64,000 nt of DNA from Nostoc sp. (GTDB lineage Bacteria; Cyanobacteriota; Cyanobacteriia; Cyanobacteriales; Nostocaceae), in the NCBI GenBank assembly GCA_036918135.1, contig JBALDB010000005.1, positions 96,001 to 160,000 of the forward strand. The letters are read 5' to 3'. A program made the position numbers and the translations under genes. The first letter of the stretch is position 1, and the number at the start of each line of letters is the position of its first letter. Shown in pieces: positions 21,827-33,100 of this stretch. The notes under the pieces are model-generated. The model made no database searches and was not told the origin of the DNA. It saw only the letters and a program-made list of their open reading frames with translations.

Positions 21827-22642
21827 TCAAAACTCTTGTGGTTGGGGAAGCGGGAAGATTTCACCAGCTAAGTAAGCCTGAAAGTGTTTTTGGAAGTACA
21901 ACCAAGAAGTCATGTCTTCCCCATCGATAAAGGCTTTTGGCGCTTGTTTATATAAAGGAATACGGTTATTAATTTCATCTTGCAGGAATGAGGGCAGTTG
22001 TGTTAAATCATTGACTTTGCTGCCAAAAGCACTATAGATAAGTTGACCGGGGCGATCGCCCATTTTCATCCAGGGAAGCCATTGACCAATTCTATCCCAA
22101 CTCAGTTTCAGTTCAGAAACCGAGGAGAGCGCTGGATTGAATAAATCTGCGGTTGGCACAGTTAATTTAAACAATTCCGCTGCCTGATAAATTGGATGTG
22201 GGCTGTATTCGGCAAATTGGCGATCGTCTGCTAGAGGATTGGGGTAATAGGGAAATATATCAAAAATGAACGTTGTGCTATCACCATCTACTTGTGCGGG
22301 AAAATTTCCTTTAAAAGTGCCCTGCACCGGATTATTTGCAACGTGGATGACTGGAACCGTCTCACCTGTCCAAGGATTCTCCCATTTCGCCAAAACTTCC
22401 TCTGTTTGTGGATTCAGGTAGTAAGTCAGTTCCCTAGAAGTAAAATCCCAGCTACCTTCTTCTGTAGGAATACACCTGCTAACACTCAATCCGAATATTT
22501 TAAACAAAAGTTGTCTTTTCTCGCCGGGGATGAAAGCGTAAATTTTACCTTTCCAGATCAGGAAAGTGGATTCGCTGGGGTCGAGAGAAGAACGAGTTTT
22601 GACCCAGTGCTGGGCTTCAAGTTCTTGGATTTGGGCAACCAT
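21827..22642 (-). CDS. DUF1838-like protein
   Basis: W.G.IYAFIPGE, WENPWTGETVPVIHVANNPV and WLPWMKMG motifs. Confidence 0.7.
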   Translation of the reverse strand: MVAQIQELEAQHWVKTRSSLDPSESTFLIWKGKIYAFIPGEKRQLLFKIFGLSVSRCIPTEEGSWDFTSRELTYYLNPQTEEVLAKWENPWTGETVPVIHVANNPVQGTFKGNFPAQVDGDSTTFIFDIFPYYPNPLADDRQFAEYSPHPIYQAAELFKLTVPTADLFNPALSSVSELKLSWDRIGQWLPWMKMGDRPGQLIYSAFGSKVNDLTQLPSFLQDEINNRIPLYKQAPKAFIDGEDMTSWLYFQKHFQAYLAGEIFPLPQPQEF

Positions 22643-22933
22643 CTAAAACATCCTTTGTATCTGGATAACAAAAGAATAAGCTAATTTGTCATTAGTCATT
22701 AGTCATTTGTCACTTGTACTGAGCGACTTGCCCTGATTTGTGCCGAGCAAAGCCAATGTAGCGTAGTCGTACCCCTGCTCTTAAGCAAGCTAGCAAGAGC
22801 GTCCCGTAGGGAAGGGAGCCGAAGTATTGGTTATTAGTCCTTGCGTCTTTCCATCTACCCGACTCTTTATTTCAAATGTTAGTGACTACCAAAGAATAAA
22901 TTACTCACAAAAATCAACAGTCCAAATTTTATT

Positions 22934-22952
22934 CGTAATGATAATCATTATA
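22934..22952. promoter_or_regulatory. Putative Fur box
   Basis: cgtaatgataatcattata matches GATAATGATAATCATTATC at 16 of 19 positions. Confidence 0.55.
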
Positions 22953-23281
22953 AGAAATTAAGGGGTGCTTATCCCCTCAGTTATCCATAAAAAACCATGC
23001 ACTCTATAAGAAATTTCAGATGTATGATAATAATTAATAATAACTATTTATGCAGTTTCAACCTTTGATAATCTGTTTTTTGATGAAGTAATTCTTTTAA
23101 TGTCTTACAACAGACTTGGTAAATTGTCCATCTACACCCACAGTTAAATTTGTGGACGAATTTTGCTAGTAATATCAAAACTTATTTCCAGATGTTAGCA
23201 ACTTTCAGGTCTTTAAGGAACTACACGTGTGGATGTATGCCTAATATAAATATGTCAGGCTACGAGAATCATTGAATGCTG

Positions 23282-23911
23282 TTAGGCGAAGTCGTATTTA
23301 CCTCCACGTTCCAGGGCACGTTCGTAAGCAGGTCGTGCATGAATGCGCTCAACAAATTCCTTAATCTTTGGTCGGTTTGAGATGAGTTCAGCTTCCATAG
23401 CGACTATTTCCAAAGGAAAGCTCATTTGAATATCAGCGGCAGTGAATTCTTCGCCTACAAACCACGTACTTTTACTAAGTTCACTTTCTACATAATCAAA
23501 GTGAAGCTTGATTTGAGGCGCGATAAATGCATCGTTTGCACTGCTGTCACCTGCCCCAAAACGATTGAAGATCAGATTCATTACCAGAGGTGGCATTGCC
23601 GAGCCTTCGGCATAATGCAGCCAATAAGTGTAGCAGAGACGCTCTGGCGTACCAGATGGCGGGATTAACCGACCATTACCGTAGCGATCTATTATGTATT
23701 CGATGATAGCCCCCGACTCAGCAACCGTCTGTTGTCCATCTGTGATTATTGGTGACTTGCCGAGCGGATGGACTTCACGCAGGGATGGGGGTGCGAGCAT
23801 CGTCTTTTGGTCGCGTTCGTAAAACTTGATTTCGTATTCGATACCTAATTCTTCGAGCAGCCATAGCACACGCTGCGAACGCGAGTTGTTGAGATGATGG
23901 ACAACAATCAT
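23282..23911 (-). CDS. Glutathione S-transferase
   Basis: HHLNNSRSQRVLWLLEELG, HPLGKSP, ESGAII, FTAADIQMSF. Confidence 0.93.
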   Translation of the reverse strand: MIVVHHLNNSRSQRVLWLLEELGIEYEIKFYERDQKTMLAPPSLREVHPLGKSPIITDGQQTVAESGAIIEYIIDRYGNGRLIPPSGTPERLCYTYWLHYAEGSAMPPLVMNLIFNRFGAGDSSANDAFIAPQIKLHFDYVESELSKSTWFVGEEFTAADIQMSFPLEIVAMEAELISNRPKIKEFVERIHARPAYERALERGGKYDFA

Positions 23912-23938
23912 AATAGTTACTTTTTCACAATAGGGTTA

Positions 23939-24136
23939 CTAGTACCGCTGCCGAGTAAGTCAAAACTTGACCCTAAGCGACCTGTGCCGAGCAAAGCCGA
24001 GGTAAGTCGAAGTGTCAAAACAATAGTATTTTCGGCTTTTGCACTATTTTGTAGACACAAGTAGCTACTCTTGCGAGAACACCTAAAGGCGAACCCGCAG
24101 GGTATGGTCTGTTTATTTCCACGCCTACTGTACTAG
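23939..24136. mobile_element. MITE-like element with CTAGTAC...GTACTAG ends carrying nested SDR-like hairpins
   Basis: Terminal inverted 7-mers; internal tgtgccgagcaaagcc also occurs near 22740. Confidence 0.45.
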
Positions 24137-24547
24137 GAGGTTTTCATCATCTCAACCTATCATCAGTTCCCCTACTCTTCATCTATCTGGTGGTTTGTCT
24201 TAGGTATGTAGGTAGAGGTAGCTCAAAAGATTAGCAATTGCTCATAATATGGACTATGACACGAACGAGGTTTAATGAAATGTCATAAACTTATTGTCAG
24301 CTGGCGTTCTCAGAAAATCGATTTATCAAAATAATAGCGCTCACCTCAATGCAGGCAAGCGCTATTATTTTATTTCAATTCTGAAATAAAATATAGTTAA
24401 ATTAGAGGCCGATCAATTTCTTGCTTTTAATTGCAGTATATTCATTTCTAATTCCTTTTTTCATCCACTTGAACAATTAAACTAAAGTTTGAAAGTAGAA
24501 TATTAATTTGATAAGGTAAAGGAGTAAATGGCTTGTAGCTGCGACCA

Positions 24548-24922
24548 ATGTTTAAGATATCATCAATTGCTGGCTTACTCCCATTCGCCACCCTTACAAC
24601 TACCTTGGCACTAACAACAATTATTTCCTATCCATCAAAAACTCTGTCACAAACACCAAGCAACGAACGCAACACACTTCCTCAGGCAGGTTGCTTATCT
24701 GGGTATCCTGATGACACATATCGAGGTTCGCGCCCAGTTACGCGCTATGAATTTGCTGCTGGTTTAAATACGTGCCTAAATCAGCTAAATCAACTTATTC
24801 CCGCTAACAGAGCGGATTTAGCAACCAAGGAAGATTTAGAAATTTTGCTCAAACGACAGAGGCAATTAAACCAACAACTTCGAGAACTCAACGAGCGAGT
24901 TGACACCTCACCTGCTACATAA
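24548..24922 (+). CDS. Small secreted S-layer-homology (SLH) domain protein
   Basis: Signal peptide + GCLSGYPDDTYRGSRPVTRYEFAAGLN..C + coiled coil, like cyanobacterial porin N-termini. Confidence 0.8.
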   Translation: MFKISSIAGLLPFATLTTTLALTTIISYPSKTLSQTPSNERNTLPQAGCLSGYPDDTYRGSRPVTRYEFAAGLNTCLNQLNQLIPANRADLATKEDLEILLKRQRQLNQQLRELNERVDTSPAT

Positions 24923-24936
24923 TAAGCAATGGGGCA

Positions 24937-25365
24937 TCATTTTTTTTCGGCGCAACCTTCTAAAACTTTATTCCCCAAAATAAAAATTGCCAAGTAGGGA
25001 TACTTTCGATCTGACATACCATCGCTACAGGCATCTACTTTTTTAATAATTAAGATATTGTTGTCTTTGCCCTTAAGTCGGTAAACTCGCACCAAGTCTG
25101 CGGGACGCGCCTGTGCTTTTAGCGGTGCAACATAGGGAAAAGTTTGCTTTTGCACATCTGGTGAAGTGTAGACAATTCCTTTGTTGGTTACAGTAACACT
25201 CCAAAAGGGTTCTGTACCGCTAGCGATGAATTCTTCACTACTGGCAGTTTCTGCAACATTGAGACTATTCCTAATAATAGATAATTCATTGGCACTACTG
25301 GCACTGTTAGCTAGTAAGCTAGCGTTAAATAACAGCAGAGTAACACAACAGATGAAAGCTTTCAT
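24937..25365 (-). CDS. Secreted hypothetical protein (COG3650-like)
   Basis: Signal peptide; ASGTEPFWSV and CSDGMSDRKYPY motifs. Confidence 0.75.
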   Translation of the reverse strand: MKAFICCVTLLLFNASLLANSASSANELSIIRNSLNVAETASSEEFIASGTEPFWSVTVTNKGIVYTSPDVQKQTFPYVAPLKAQARPADLVRVYRLKGKDNNILIIKKVDACSDGMSDRKYPYLAIFILGNKVLEGCAEKK

Positions 25366-25502
25366 GTATGGAGAATCTATAGTAATTTACCGCAGAAGAT
25401 ATCATATCTATTTCTTTGGCTGCGGTGGTGGCTTAAGGATATCACCCAAGACTAGTAGCAAGTTATCGCTGATTTTTGGTTATTTTATCCCCAATACCTG
25501 AA

Positions 25503-26690
25503 TTAAGCTGCTTTTGAAAGTTGCTTATCTAAACGACGAAACAAAAACAGCCAAAGAGGTAGGGAACTGTTAATTGCAATTAGTCGCACTAAATGACCAG
25601 TTGTAACGATTTCAACATTATGATTTAATGCCAGAGAAACTAGAATCATTTCTGCTGAGCCTCCTGGTGCTGTGACTAAAAGACAAGTTAACCAGTCCCA
25701 AGAGGTTAATTTCATGGCAAGTATAGCAGCGATCGCTCCGGTTGCGAGGGTCATGAGTACAGACATCAAAGCATAGCCGACAGTCCGCTTGGTAAAGTTG
25801 GGTTTGTCTCCCCAATATTCACCAATAGTAATTCCCAGCAGCATTTGACCAAATAAGTTAATTAAAGGTGGCGGACTAAAGCTAATATCACTGACAAAAG
25901 GTAGTGAATTTAGCAAAGGATTAAACCCCATACCAATCAACAATGCACCAAAAAAATCGCCAGCCGGAATTTTGAATAATATAGCCGGGTAAACTACTAA
26001 CGCAGTAATTAAAAGTACTAATAAGAGTAGTCCTAGTTGAGATGGCTCGAAATTGAGCAAAGCACTTTTGACGGGTGATATTTGCACATTCCAGTAATTA
26101 CCAACTAAGGTTCTAGCGATGAAGGGAAATAGTAAAACTACTGAGGTAACGCGAACCGCTTGAACTAAAGCAACCAAGGTAACATCTTTATTGTAATCAG
26201 CTGCGATCGCTGCCATAATTCCTACACCACCTGGAACTGTGGCTAGCATTGCTGTCAATAAGTTAGTTTTGCTGAGGCGCGAGTAAATGTAACCAATACA
26301 ACTGCCGCACAAGAGCAGAAATAAGGTGAGAAAAGTAAAGATGGGAATATTAGAAGCAACATTAGCTAGATTAACGTGAGCATTAGAAGCGCCGACAGTT
26401 AAGCCGACAAGTGCCATTCCAACTTTTCTGGCAGTGCGATTAGGTTTAGGAGAATATTCATAGAAAACTCGATATCCTTGGAGAACCACTGTACCAGCTG
26501 CAATCCCAGCAAATATCCAAGCAATTCCACCAATTTGAAAGTTTGCTAGTAGTATGCCCACAGGCAATGCTAGAAGTATTTCCAAGGCAAGGACAATTGG
26601 TTGTTTTACAAATAACTGTTGTTTGGTAGCAGTAAGATTTTTATGAGTGTGTTCTTCTAGCTTGGGAGCAACACTGACACTTTGATTCAT
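25503..26690 (-). CDS. AbrB-family (AidB regulator-type) duplicated membrane protein
   Basis: Two-fold repeat with ATVPGGVG / TAPGGSAEM motifs and many TM helices. Confidence 0.8.
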   Translation of the reverse strand: MNQSVSVAPKLEEHTHKNLTATKQQLFVKQPIVLALEILLALPVGILLANFQIGGIAWIFAGIAAGTVVLQGYRVFYEYSPKPNRTARKVGMALVGLTVGASNAHVNLANVASNIPIFTFLTLFLLLCGSCIGYIYSRLSKTNLLTAMLATVPGGVGIMAAIAADYNKDVTLVALVQAVRVTSVVLLFPFIARTLVGNYWNVQISPVKSALLNFEPSQLGLLLLVLLITALVVYPAILFKIPAGDFFGALLIGMGFNPLLNSLPFVSDISFSPPPLINLFGQMLLGITIGEYWGDKPNFTKRTVGYALMSVLMTLATGAIAAILAMKLTSWDWLTCLLVTAPGGSAEMILVSLALNHNVEIVTTGHLVRLIAINSSLPLWLFLFRRLDKQLSKAA

Positions 26691-27208
26691 TGATAATAAG
26701 CTTTTTTATTAATTTAATACTAATATTAATTTTAACTCATAACTTATTTTGGTTCTGACAAGGAATTGCAGCGAAAGTGATGTAGATGCCCTAACTCTCA
26801 AAAACAAGCGTAAAGATTATTTTACTTCTAAATTCACCAATGATGACGCCCCAGCGGAATATCTTTGGTCAGAATTGTTAATAATCACTCCTTGATTATT
26901 AAGTGCTATTTTAACTTGGTGTTAACCAGTCATCACGTGAATAGTAGCAGAAGTTATAGTGTTGGTTAAGAAATAGTCATCAATTAGACAAGTTTTAGTT
27001 TTTATCAGTTTAGTTCAGGATGATTGTAATTTATAAAGTCTAAAACGTTATCGCTAAATAATAATACTATTTAACTAGTATCAAAGTTTGATATGATCTC
27101 AGTAGTTTCTCTATGAAAAATGATGTTACGGGGGATGTTGGGTTTTGCTATTGCTCAACCCAACCTACTTTTCTTGTTAACTAAATTGGTGAATTCACCA
27201 ATTCTTAT

Positions 27209-27544
27209 TTAATCTTCATCAAGCGCCGGGAAAGCTTCCTCAAATTGCCACAATCTATCTTTATTTTCAACGAACCAAATACGAGTTTCGGGAGTTAATT
27301 GACTCCAAACGTCGTCAGCAGGAACATGAGGAGATGCATATTGGTACTGCTTACCAAGTAATTTGAGATTGTCTGCTACATCACTGGGAATTCCGAACTG
27401 TTCCCAGTCAATTTTTACATTTCTTCCCGAAACTCCCGCTGTGGGATCGAAAATTATTTGTGCAGATCTGACTAAATCAGCAAAGTGTTTCGGTTGAAGT
27501 TTAGTGATTTCCTGAAGAAGTGATTCGTTATGCTCTTGAGACAT
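27209..27544 (-). CDS. Hypothetical protein
   Basis: Clean 111-aa ORF with protein-like composition; no recognised motif. Confidence 0.7.
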   Translation of the reverse strand: MSQEHNESLLQEITKLQPKHFADLVRSAQIIFDPTAGVSGRNVKIDWEQFGIPSDVADNLKLLGKQYQYASPHVPADDVWSQLTPETRIWFVENKDRLWQFEEAFPALDED

Positions 27545-28006
27545 TGTACTAGCAGTGGTGAAGATGAGTGATGTATTAAATCAGCCAACAATTAACAGTT
27601 AACAGGAAATAGTTTTCAGTTGTGAGTTATAAATCACTTATCAGTGAATACTATTAACCGTTCACTGATAATATTTTTCAACTCTCAACTCCAACTTTGA
27701 TAATTAATAACTGATAACTGATTTTTGGACTTACTGCCAGAGATTTTTATCCCAATATGTTTTAGTTTAGCGCAAGGCTGCTAAGTTAATTATGACTAAA
27801 ATTATAGATTAGGGATTAAGTGTTGGGCAGAATTCCGATTCTAATCCTCATGCCCCTAATCTACACTAGGCTTCTCTATGAGACGCTACGCGGAGCTTGC
27901 TTCTTTGTTCGCGTAGCATCTCGTAGAGAAGGAGTACGCCCCGCTTCTCTAAGAGGCTTTGCCAACCAATGCTAACGTAAGGGTTCTGAGTTCCCCAGTT
28001 CCTATT

Positions 28007-29362
28007 TTAGTGACGAGTGTAGGAACGCTCAAAGAAAGTTTTGAATCTCTGAGCCATAGTGGATATTGCAACTGCCGCTACAGAAACCGATATTGCTGCT
28101 ATTTTGATTCTATAATCATCTGCAAGTATTGCTACAGCTGCGAAAGCGATCGCCACACCTATGCAACTTTGTTTTAACCTATTTGTGAACTGATAAGTTT
28201 GATTGCAGGAATGACAAATAAGTGTATGTTGCGAGAATCGGTCTAACGTAATCAACTTTCGATCGCACTCGCTACTACCGATATTTTTGGAGGAGGCATA
28301 ACCTTGATAAAACGGCAAAGATGACCCGAATTTATCTAGCCACTTACGATACTCAACCACAAGAGTATCAGATGTTTTGAGTGGTAAATATACATCTTTG
28401 AGATTTTGTCCCAAACGCTCAATTTGTGCCTTTTGTTCAACAACTAATTGCAAATCACCTTCCAAGACTTTGTTTCGTATCAAGATGTGCTCTAACCAGG
28501 GAGGCATCAGCTTGATTTTTTGGCTATAAGAGTTACTATAATTTCTGATCAGAATCCGACATCTATTCTTACTTAGTGGAATTGAATATAAGGCTGTGCC
28601 TCCAAACCTACCTTGCTGCTCATCAACAAATCTGTAAATAATCGAATTAGGAGCAATGAAATCTAATGTAATCCAAGGCTGATTGGGTGGATTTTTTCGT
28701 CGCCATCTTCCCTTAATTCCCTGAATATTGCTGTCAATGGCTTCTATTTCCAACGGTTGAGCATCTTTTCTAACTCCGATGACGCCATCATGGCTGATTG
28801 GAACGTGAGCCGGGTCAATAATGTTTTCAATAAAATAGCTTTGGTCGTAAGGTAGGTCGCGTACATAATCTAAGTTGAAGCAATCTGGCTTTTCCCAATC
28901 TGATAAAGATGGAATTAGCTCATCAATAGCCGTTTGGGCTTCTCCTGCCCACATCCAAATGATACCTTGACGTTCCAAGACTTTAAAGGATGACACGCAA
29001 GCATTTACTGGAATTTTTGCATCGGTTGGTAACTGAGGAATGTGCAGACATTGACCATCACTGCCAAACTGCCAACCGTGGTATAAGCACTCTATTTTGC
29101 CGTCAATTATTTGTCCATCAGAAAGTCTAGCTGCACGGTGCGGACAACGATCGGTTAAACAGATAAGCTGTCCATTTTGGTCTTTGAATAAAACGAAAGG
29201 TTCATCATACAAGGAAAAGCTATAAGGGCGGTTGGCAGGTAAGTCTTGCACGAAGATAACGGCATACCAGCATTGCCTCCAGTTTAATTCTTGCTTATCC
29301 TCAAGTTTCTTAATGGTAGAAGTTGGTGGTGTGGCCTGTAGTGTCTCTGTTTTTGATGACAT
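28007..29362 (-). CDS. Rieske 2Fe-2S oxygenase, pheophorbide a oxygenase-like
   Basis: CPHR..CLYHGW Rieske motif, ENIIDPAHVPISH mononuclear-iron motif, C-terminal HTxxCxxC. Confidence 0.9.
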   Translation of the reverse strand: MSSKTETLQATPPTSTIKKLEDKQELNWRQCWYAVIFVQDLPANRPYSFSLYDEPFVLFKDQNGQLICLTDRCPHRAARLSDGQIIDGKIECLYHGWQFGSDGQCLHIPQLPTDAKIPVNACVSSFKVLERQGIIWMWAGEAQTAIDELIPSLSDWEKPDCFNLDYVRDLPYDQSYFIENIIDPAHVPISHDGVIGVRKDAQPLEIEAIDSNIQGIKGRWRRKNPPNQPWITLDFIAPNSIIYRFVDEQQGRFGGTALYSIPLSKNRCRILIRNYSNSYSQKIKLMPPWLEHILIRNKVLEGDLQLVVEQKAQIERLGQNLKDVYLPLKTSDTLVVEYRKWLDKFGSSLPFYQGYASSKNIGSSECDRKLITLDRFSQHTLICHSCNQTYQFTNRLKQSCIGVAIAFAAVAILADDYRIKIAAISVSVAAVAISTMAQRFKTFFERSYTRH

Positions 29363-29532
29363 AGTTTTCTCCAGGTTTTTATAATTTTATACTTCAAAAT
29401 CAGCAAATTATTAGTCCCTGAGATAGAATTTTTATCAGATTAAACCTCAAAAATTAATAATGTAAATGCCCGGAAATCTTTCTATTTATTTACGAACATT
29501 TGATTAACTAAATATTGCAGCTTTCACCTCAG

Positions 29533-29898
29533 CTACTCTTTTTCAATCAGAACTGTAACAGCAGCGATCGCAATCAACATTTCGTCATTTCGATCGTTGA
29601 GTTCCGGAATCGCTCGCCCTTGAACTACCATTCCCCCAGATTCTAAAGTCAGAGTTTTTTGACCAAATGGTAGTACAGCTAGTACTTCCTCTTGCCTAAC
29701 TTTTTCTGGGTATGGTACTGCTACTTGAACTTCGACAATCATTTGATTGGGATTACTCAAACCAGCCACTTCCCAAACGCCAGGTAAAGCATTATGAGCG
29801 ATCGCATTGCGTACTGCCCTAGATGCTGCTACTGTTGGTTCTTGTCCATGCTGATCTACTCCCATTCCCATTTCAATTATCAAACGTTTACGCGCCAT
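29533..29898 (-). CDS. Lin0512-family protein
   Basis: IIEMGMGVDQHGQEPTVAASRAVRNAI motif. Confidence 0.8.
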   Translation of the reverse strand: MARKRLIIEMGMGVDQHGQEPTVAASRAVRNAIAHNALPGVWEVAGLSNPNQMIVEVQVAVPYPEKVRQEEVLAVLPFGQKTLTLESGGMVVQGRAIPELNDRNDEMLIAIAAVTVLIEKE

Positions 29899-30115
29899 TG
29901 CAACCTCCGGCAAATTTTGCACCTTGCTTCAAATACAAGCAATTTTAAGGGTACAGCATTGTTCAGATGTATCAACTAAATATTAAAAGGACACTGTAAA
30001 TTTTTGATGACAAACACGATTTCAGCCTGCATTTTCCACACTAGCTCGGATGGTGCGTTAGGCTGAAGCCATAACACACCTATTTAAGATTTACTTGATA
30101 AATAGTCTTTTAACT

Positions 30116-31429
30116 ATGGAAAAACAACCGATACAAGTAATTGGAGGTGGACTAGCTGGGACAGAAGCAGCTTGGCAAATAGCCCAAGCTGGAGTACCAG
30201 TGATTTTATATGAAATGCGTCCAAAGCGCTTTAGTCCTGCTCATCATACAGAACATCTGGCAGAATTAGTATGTAGTAATTCCTTTGGGGCAATGGCAAG
30301 CGATCGCGCCGCTGGCTTGTTGCACGAAGAATTACGCCAACTTGGTTCGATTGTAATTTCTAAAGCTGATGAACACGCTGTTCCTGCCGGTGGGGCGCTA
30401 GCGGTAGATCGGGGACAATTTGGCCAAGACTTGACTCAAACTTTATCCAGTCATCCTTTAATTGAATTCCGCCGGGGTGAAGTGCAAGCTATTGGTGAGG
30501 GAATTGTCGTTTTAGCAACCGGGCCTTTAACCAGTCCTGATTTAGCAGAAGATTTGCGCCGCTTTACGGGGATGGAATACCTCAGCTTTTTTGATGCAGC
30601 TAGCCCGATTATCGTCGGAGAATCGATTAACCGCGACATTGCTTTTATGGCATCACGTTATGACAAAGGTGAAGCTGCTTATCTCAACTGCCCAATGAAT
30701 AAACAGCAGTATTTACAGTTTCGAGAAGAACTGTGCAAAGCTGAACAAACAGAACTCAAAGATTTTGAACGGGAAACGGCAAAATTTTTTGAAGCCTGTC
30801 TACCCATTGAAGAACTAGCACAACGGGGAGAAGACACCATGCGCTATGGGCCCCTGAAGCCAGTGGGTTTATCAGATAGTCGCACAGACGAACGTCCTTA
30901 TGCTGTAGTACAGTTGCGCCAAGAAGATAAAGCTGGTCAACTTTGGAACATGGTAGGATTCCAAACTAATTTACGCTGGGGCGAACAAAAGCGCATATTT
31001 CAGCTAATTCCCGGTTTGGAAAAAGCTGAATTTGTGCGGCTGGGAGTAATGCATCGCAACACTTTCATTAATGCTCCTCAGTTGATGTATCCTACTTTGC
31101 AATTTAAAGGACGTCCAACCTTATTCGCTGCTGGACAGCTAATTGGTACTGAAGGCTACACCGCAGCCGCAGCTGGTGGTTGCTTAGCAGGAATTAACGC
31201 AGCGCGGCTAGCTTTGGGTAAACAACCGTTGACTTTACCACCAACAACAATGATGGGGGCGCTATTTGAATTTATTAGTTCCGCTGCGCCCAAACACTTC
31301 CAACCAATGCCCCCCAACTTTGGAATTTTTCCGGAATTAGGAGTGAAAATCAAAAATAAACAAGAGCGTTATGGACGTTATCGCGATCGCTCTTTGGCTG
31401 ACTTGGCAAACTGGAAAGCTAATAATTAA
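30116..31429 (+). CDS. trmFO: Methylenetetrahydrofolate-tRNA-(uracil-54) methyltransferase
   Basis: [37 protein letters not shown]. Confidence 0.95.
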   Translation: MEKQPIQVIGGGLAGTEAAWQIAQAGVPVILYEMRPKRFSPAHHTEHLAELVCSNSFGAMASDRAAGLLHEELRQLGSIVISKADEHAVPAGGALAVDRGQFGQDLTQTLSSHPLIEFRRGEVQAIGEGIVVLATGPLTSPDLAEDLRRFTGMEYLSFFDAASPIIVGESINRDIAFMASRYDKGEAAYLNCPMNKQQYLQFREELCKAEQTELKDFERETAKFFEACLPIEELAQRGEDTMRYGPLKPVGLSDSRTDERPYAVVQLRQEDKAGQLWNMVGFQTNLRWGEQKRIFQLIPGLEKAEFVRLGVMHRNTFINAPQLMYPTLQFKGRPTLFAAGQLIGTEGYTAAAAGGCLAGINAARLALGKQPLTLPPTTMMGALFEFISSAAPKHFQPMPPNFGIFPELGVKIKNKQERYGRYRDRSLADLANWKANN

Positions 31430-31470
31430 TGTATATAGGGCTGGGAATGCCCAGTTAAGAATGCCTAGTC

Positions 31471-31583
31471 ATATCATGTCCCGTTAAACACTTATCATTA
31501 AGACCACAGGGAGCAGGGGGAAAGAAGGTTTCCTAGTTTTTGCACAGATGCAGTAATCATAAGTAATTAGCCCGACATGATAT
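31471..31583. mobile_element. MITE-like element (ATATCATGTC...GACATGATAT)
   Basis: Terminal inverted repeat; same family as 17474 and 38346. Confidence 0.6.
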
Positions 31584-31650
31584 GACAAATAAAAAATATT
31601 CGACTGTTTACAGTCAACAGTCATCACTTATCAACTTCAAACAGTATAAT

Positions 31651-32457
31651 TTATTTCTTAGAGTTCCCTAAAGGGTATAAATTAAATTCATCACAAATTT
31701 CTTCTGTAAGTTTCTGTTTATCCAAGAGAGCGAGCAAAAGTTTTTTAACACCTCGAAAAGCTTCTTTATAATTACGTTTTAATTTAGCATATAGTGGTTC
31801 TTGCAAACAAGTACTTTCTCCGATTTTATCTCTAACATAAATAGCACCTGGGAAAGGTAATGGCTCAATAGGTGTTCCTCGTTCTGCTAAATTCTTCTTA
31901 GCAAGTGGATGTCCTGATAAAAAGTTATCATGCCCAGTTAAAGGTTCGTCAGACAGTACTTTTTCAGGCAAACTAAACAAGCGGTAATTGATCAGGTTGC
32001 ACGTTCCACACAATTTATAAAATTTTTCTTTCCTAACTATAATTTTGCTGCTTCCTTCTTCATATTCATAGCCCTTGTCAATGTACCACCCATTACTTTT
32101 GGGATTTTGAGCAACAAAACTCACTAGTTTTTTGCTAATACAGTCATCACTATCTACAGGCATTATATGTGTTGGTTTGAGAGATTGAGCAGCTAATAGT
32201 CCAACAGCAAGTTTTTTTGTTTTATCTGCCATTTTTTCAGTATAGTTTGACCCTGGAATAGGAAAATCAACTTGGATATATTGCACTTGGGGATGATGAA
32301 AATTAATTTTAGGTATTTCATGACAGACTACAATAACATGAAATTTTGAAGAAGTTTGATTACAGACTGAGCGTAGACATCTTTCAAACATCTTGGATAA
32401 TTCTGTCCATGATGTTGCTACTTTAGGACTTTTGATTGGGATTATAAAAACTAACAT
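31651..32457 (-). CDS. Putative GT-A-fold glycosyltransferase
   Basis: FIIPIKS..CLRSVCNQT..VIVV N-terminus and VDSDD (DxD) motif. Confidence 0.7.
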   Translation of the reverse strand: MLVFIIPIKSPKVATSWTELSKMFERCLRSVCNQTSSKFHVIVVCHEIPKINFHHPQVQYIQVDFPIPGSNYTEKMADKTKKLAVGLLAAQSLKPTHIMPVDSDDCISKKLVSFVAQNPKSNGWYIDKGYEYEEGSSKIIVRKEKFYKLCGTCNLINYRLFSLPEKVLSDEPLTGHDNFLSGHPLAKKNLAERGTPIEPLPFPGAIYVRDKIGESTCLQEPLYAKLKRNYKEAFRGVKKLLLALLDKQKLTEEICDEFNLYPLGNSKK

Positions 32458-33100
32458 CTTGCTAATATCTCCTTGCTTTTTTCTAATGTCTACTCTTACT
32501 TTCAATACTTTAATGAAGATAGATAGCCTGCCTTAATTAACCAGCATCAAAGTTTCAGCTAGTTACAGGATATTTTAAAAGTAAAAATATATACTGGAAA
32601 ACTCTCTTTGAACTTCTCTCGTCTAGAAGAGAGCTTTGAAAGCCATTCCTTTGTGAGCAAGCAGGCAAGAAGGTTAGGTTTTGGGGTTTTTGGTATTTTA
32701 TACAAAACTTTTTGAACATACTCTTCAGATAAAATCTAACTTGGGCAGTGCGAGTAGTTTTCTTCTCGAAATACAGTGCTAATACTTAGCTAAAGCGTTG
32801 CTATATATTTATAATACTTTATTAGTGTTATTACGCGTCGAAAAAAGTTTAAGCGCAACTATACTAAATTTACGCTAAATGCGATCGCCTTTGAGATAGC
32901 GTTACAGCAGAAGGCTGACAGGTCATTTGACTTGTGAAAAATGCAGCTTCAGTCCAAAGTATTTAGAGAAATCTGGCGGATAAAGCCCTTCTAAGTTGCC
33001 AAGCCAATTTGACACATAGTTTTGCAGTGGGTGAATTAATCGGATTTTGGGAATAATCCTCATAGTGTTTGAAAGCATCGTTTTTGTTGGGCTGCACACT

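Noticed and set aside
21667..21864. N-terminal extension of the XRE regulator
   Set aside because: Overlaps the DUF1838 gene end and low-complexity repeats; the HTH domain starts near ATG 21666.
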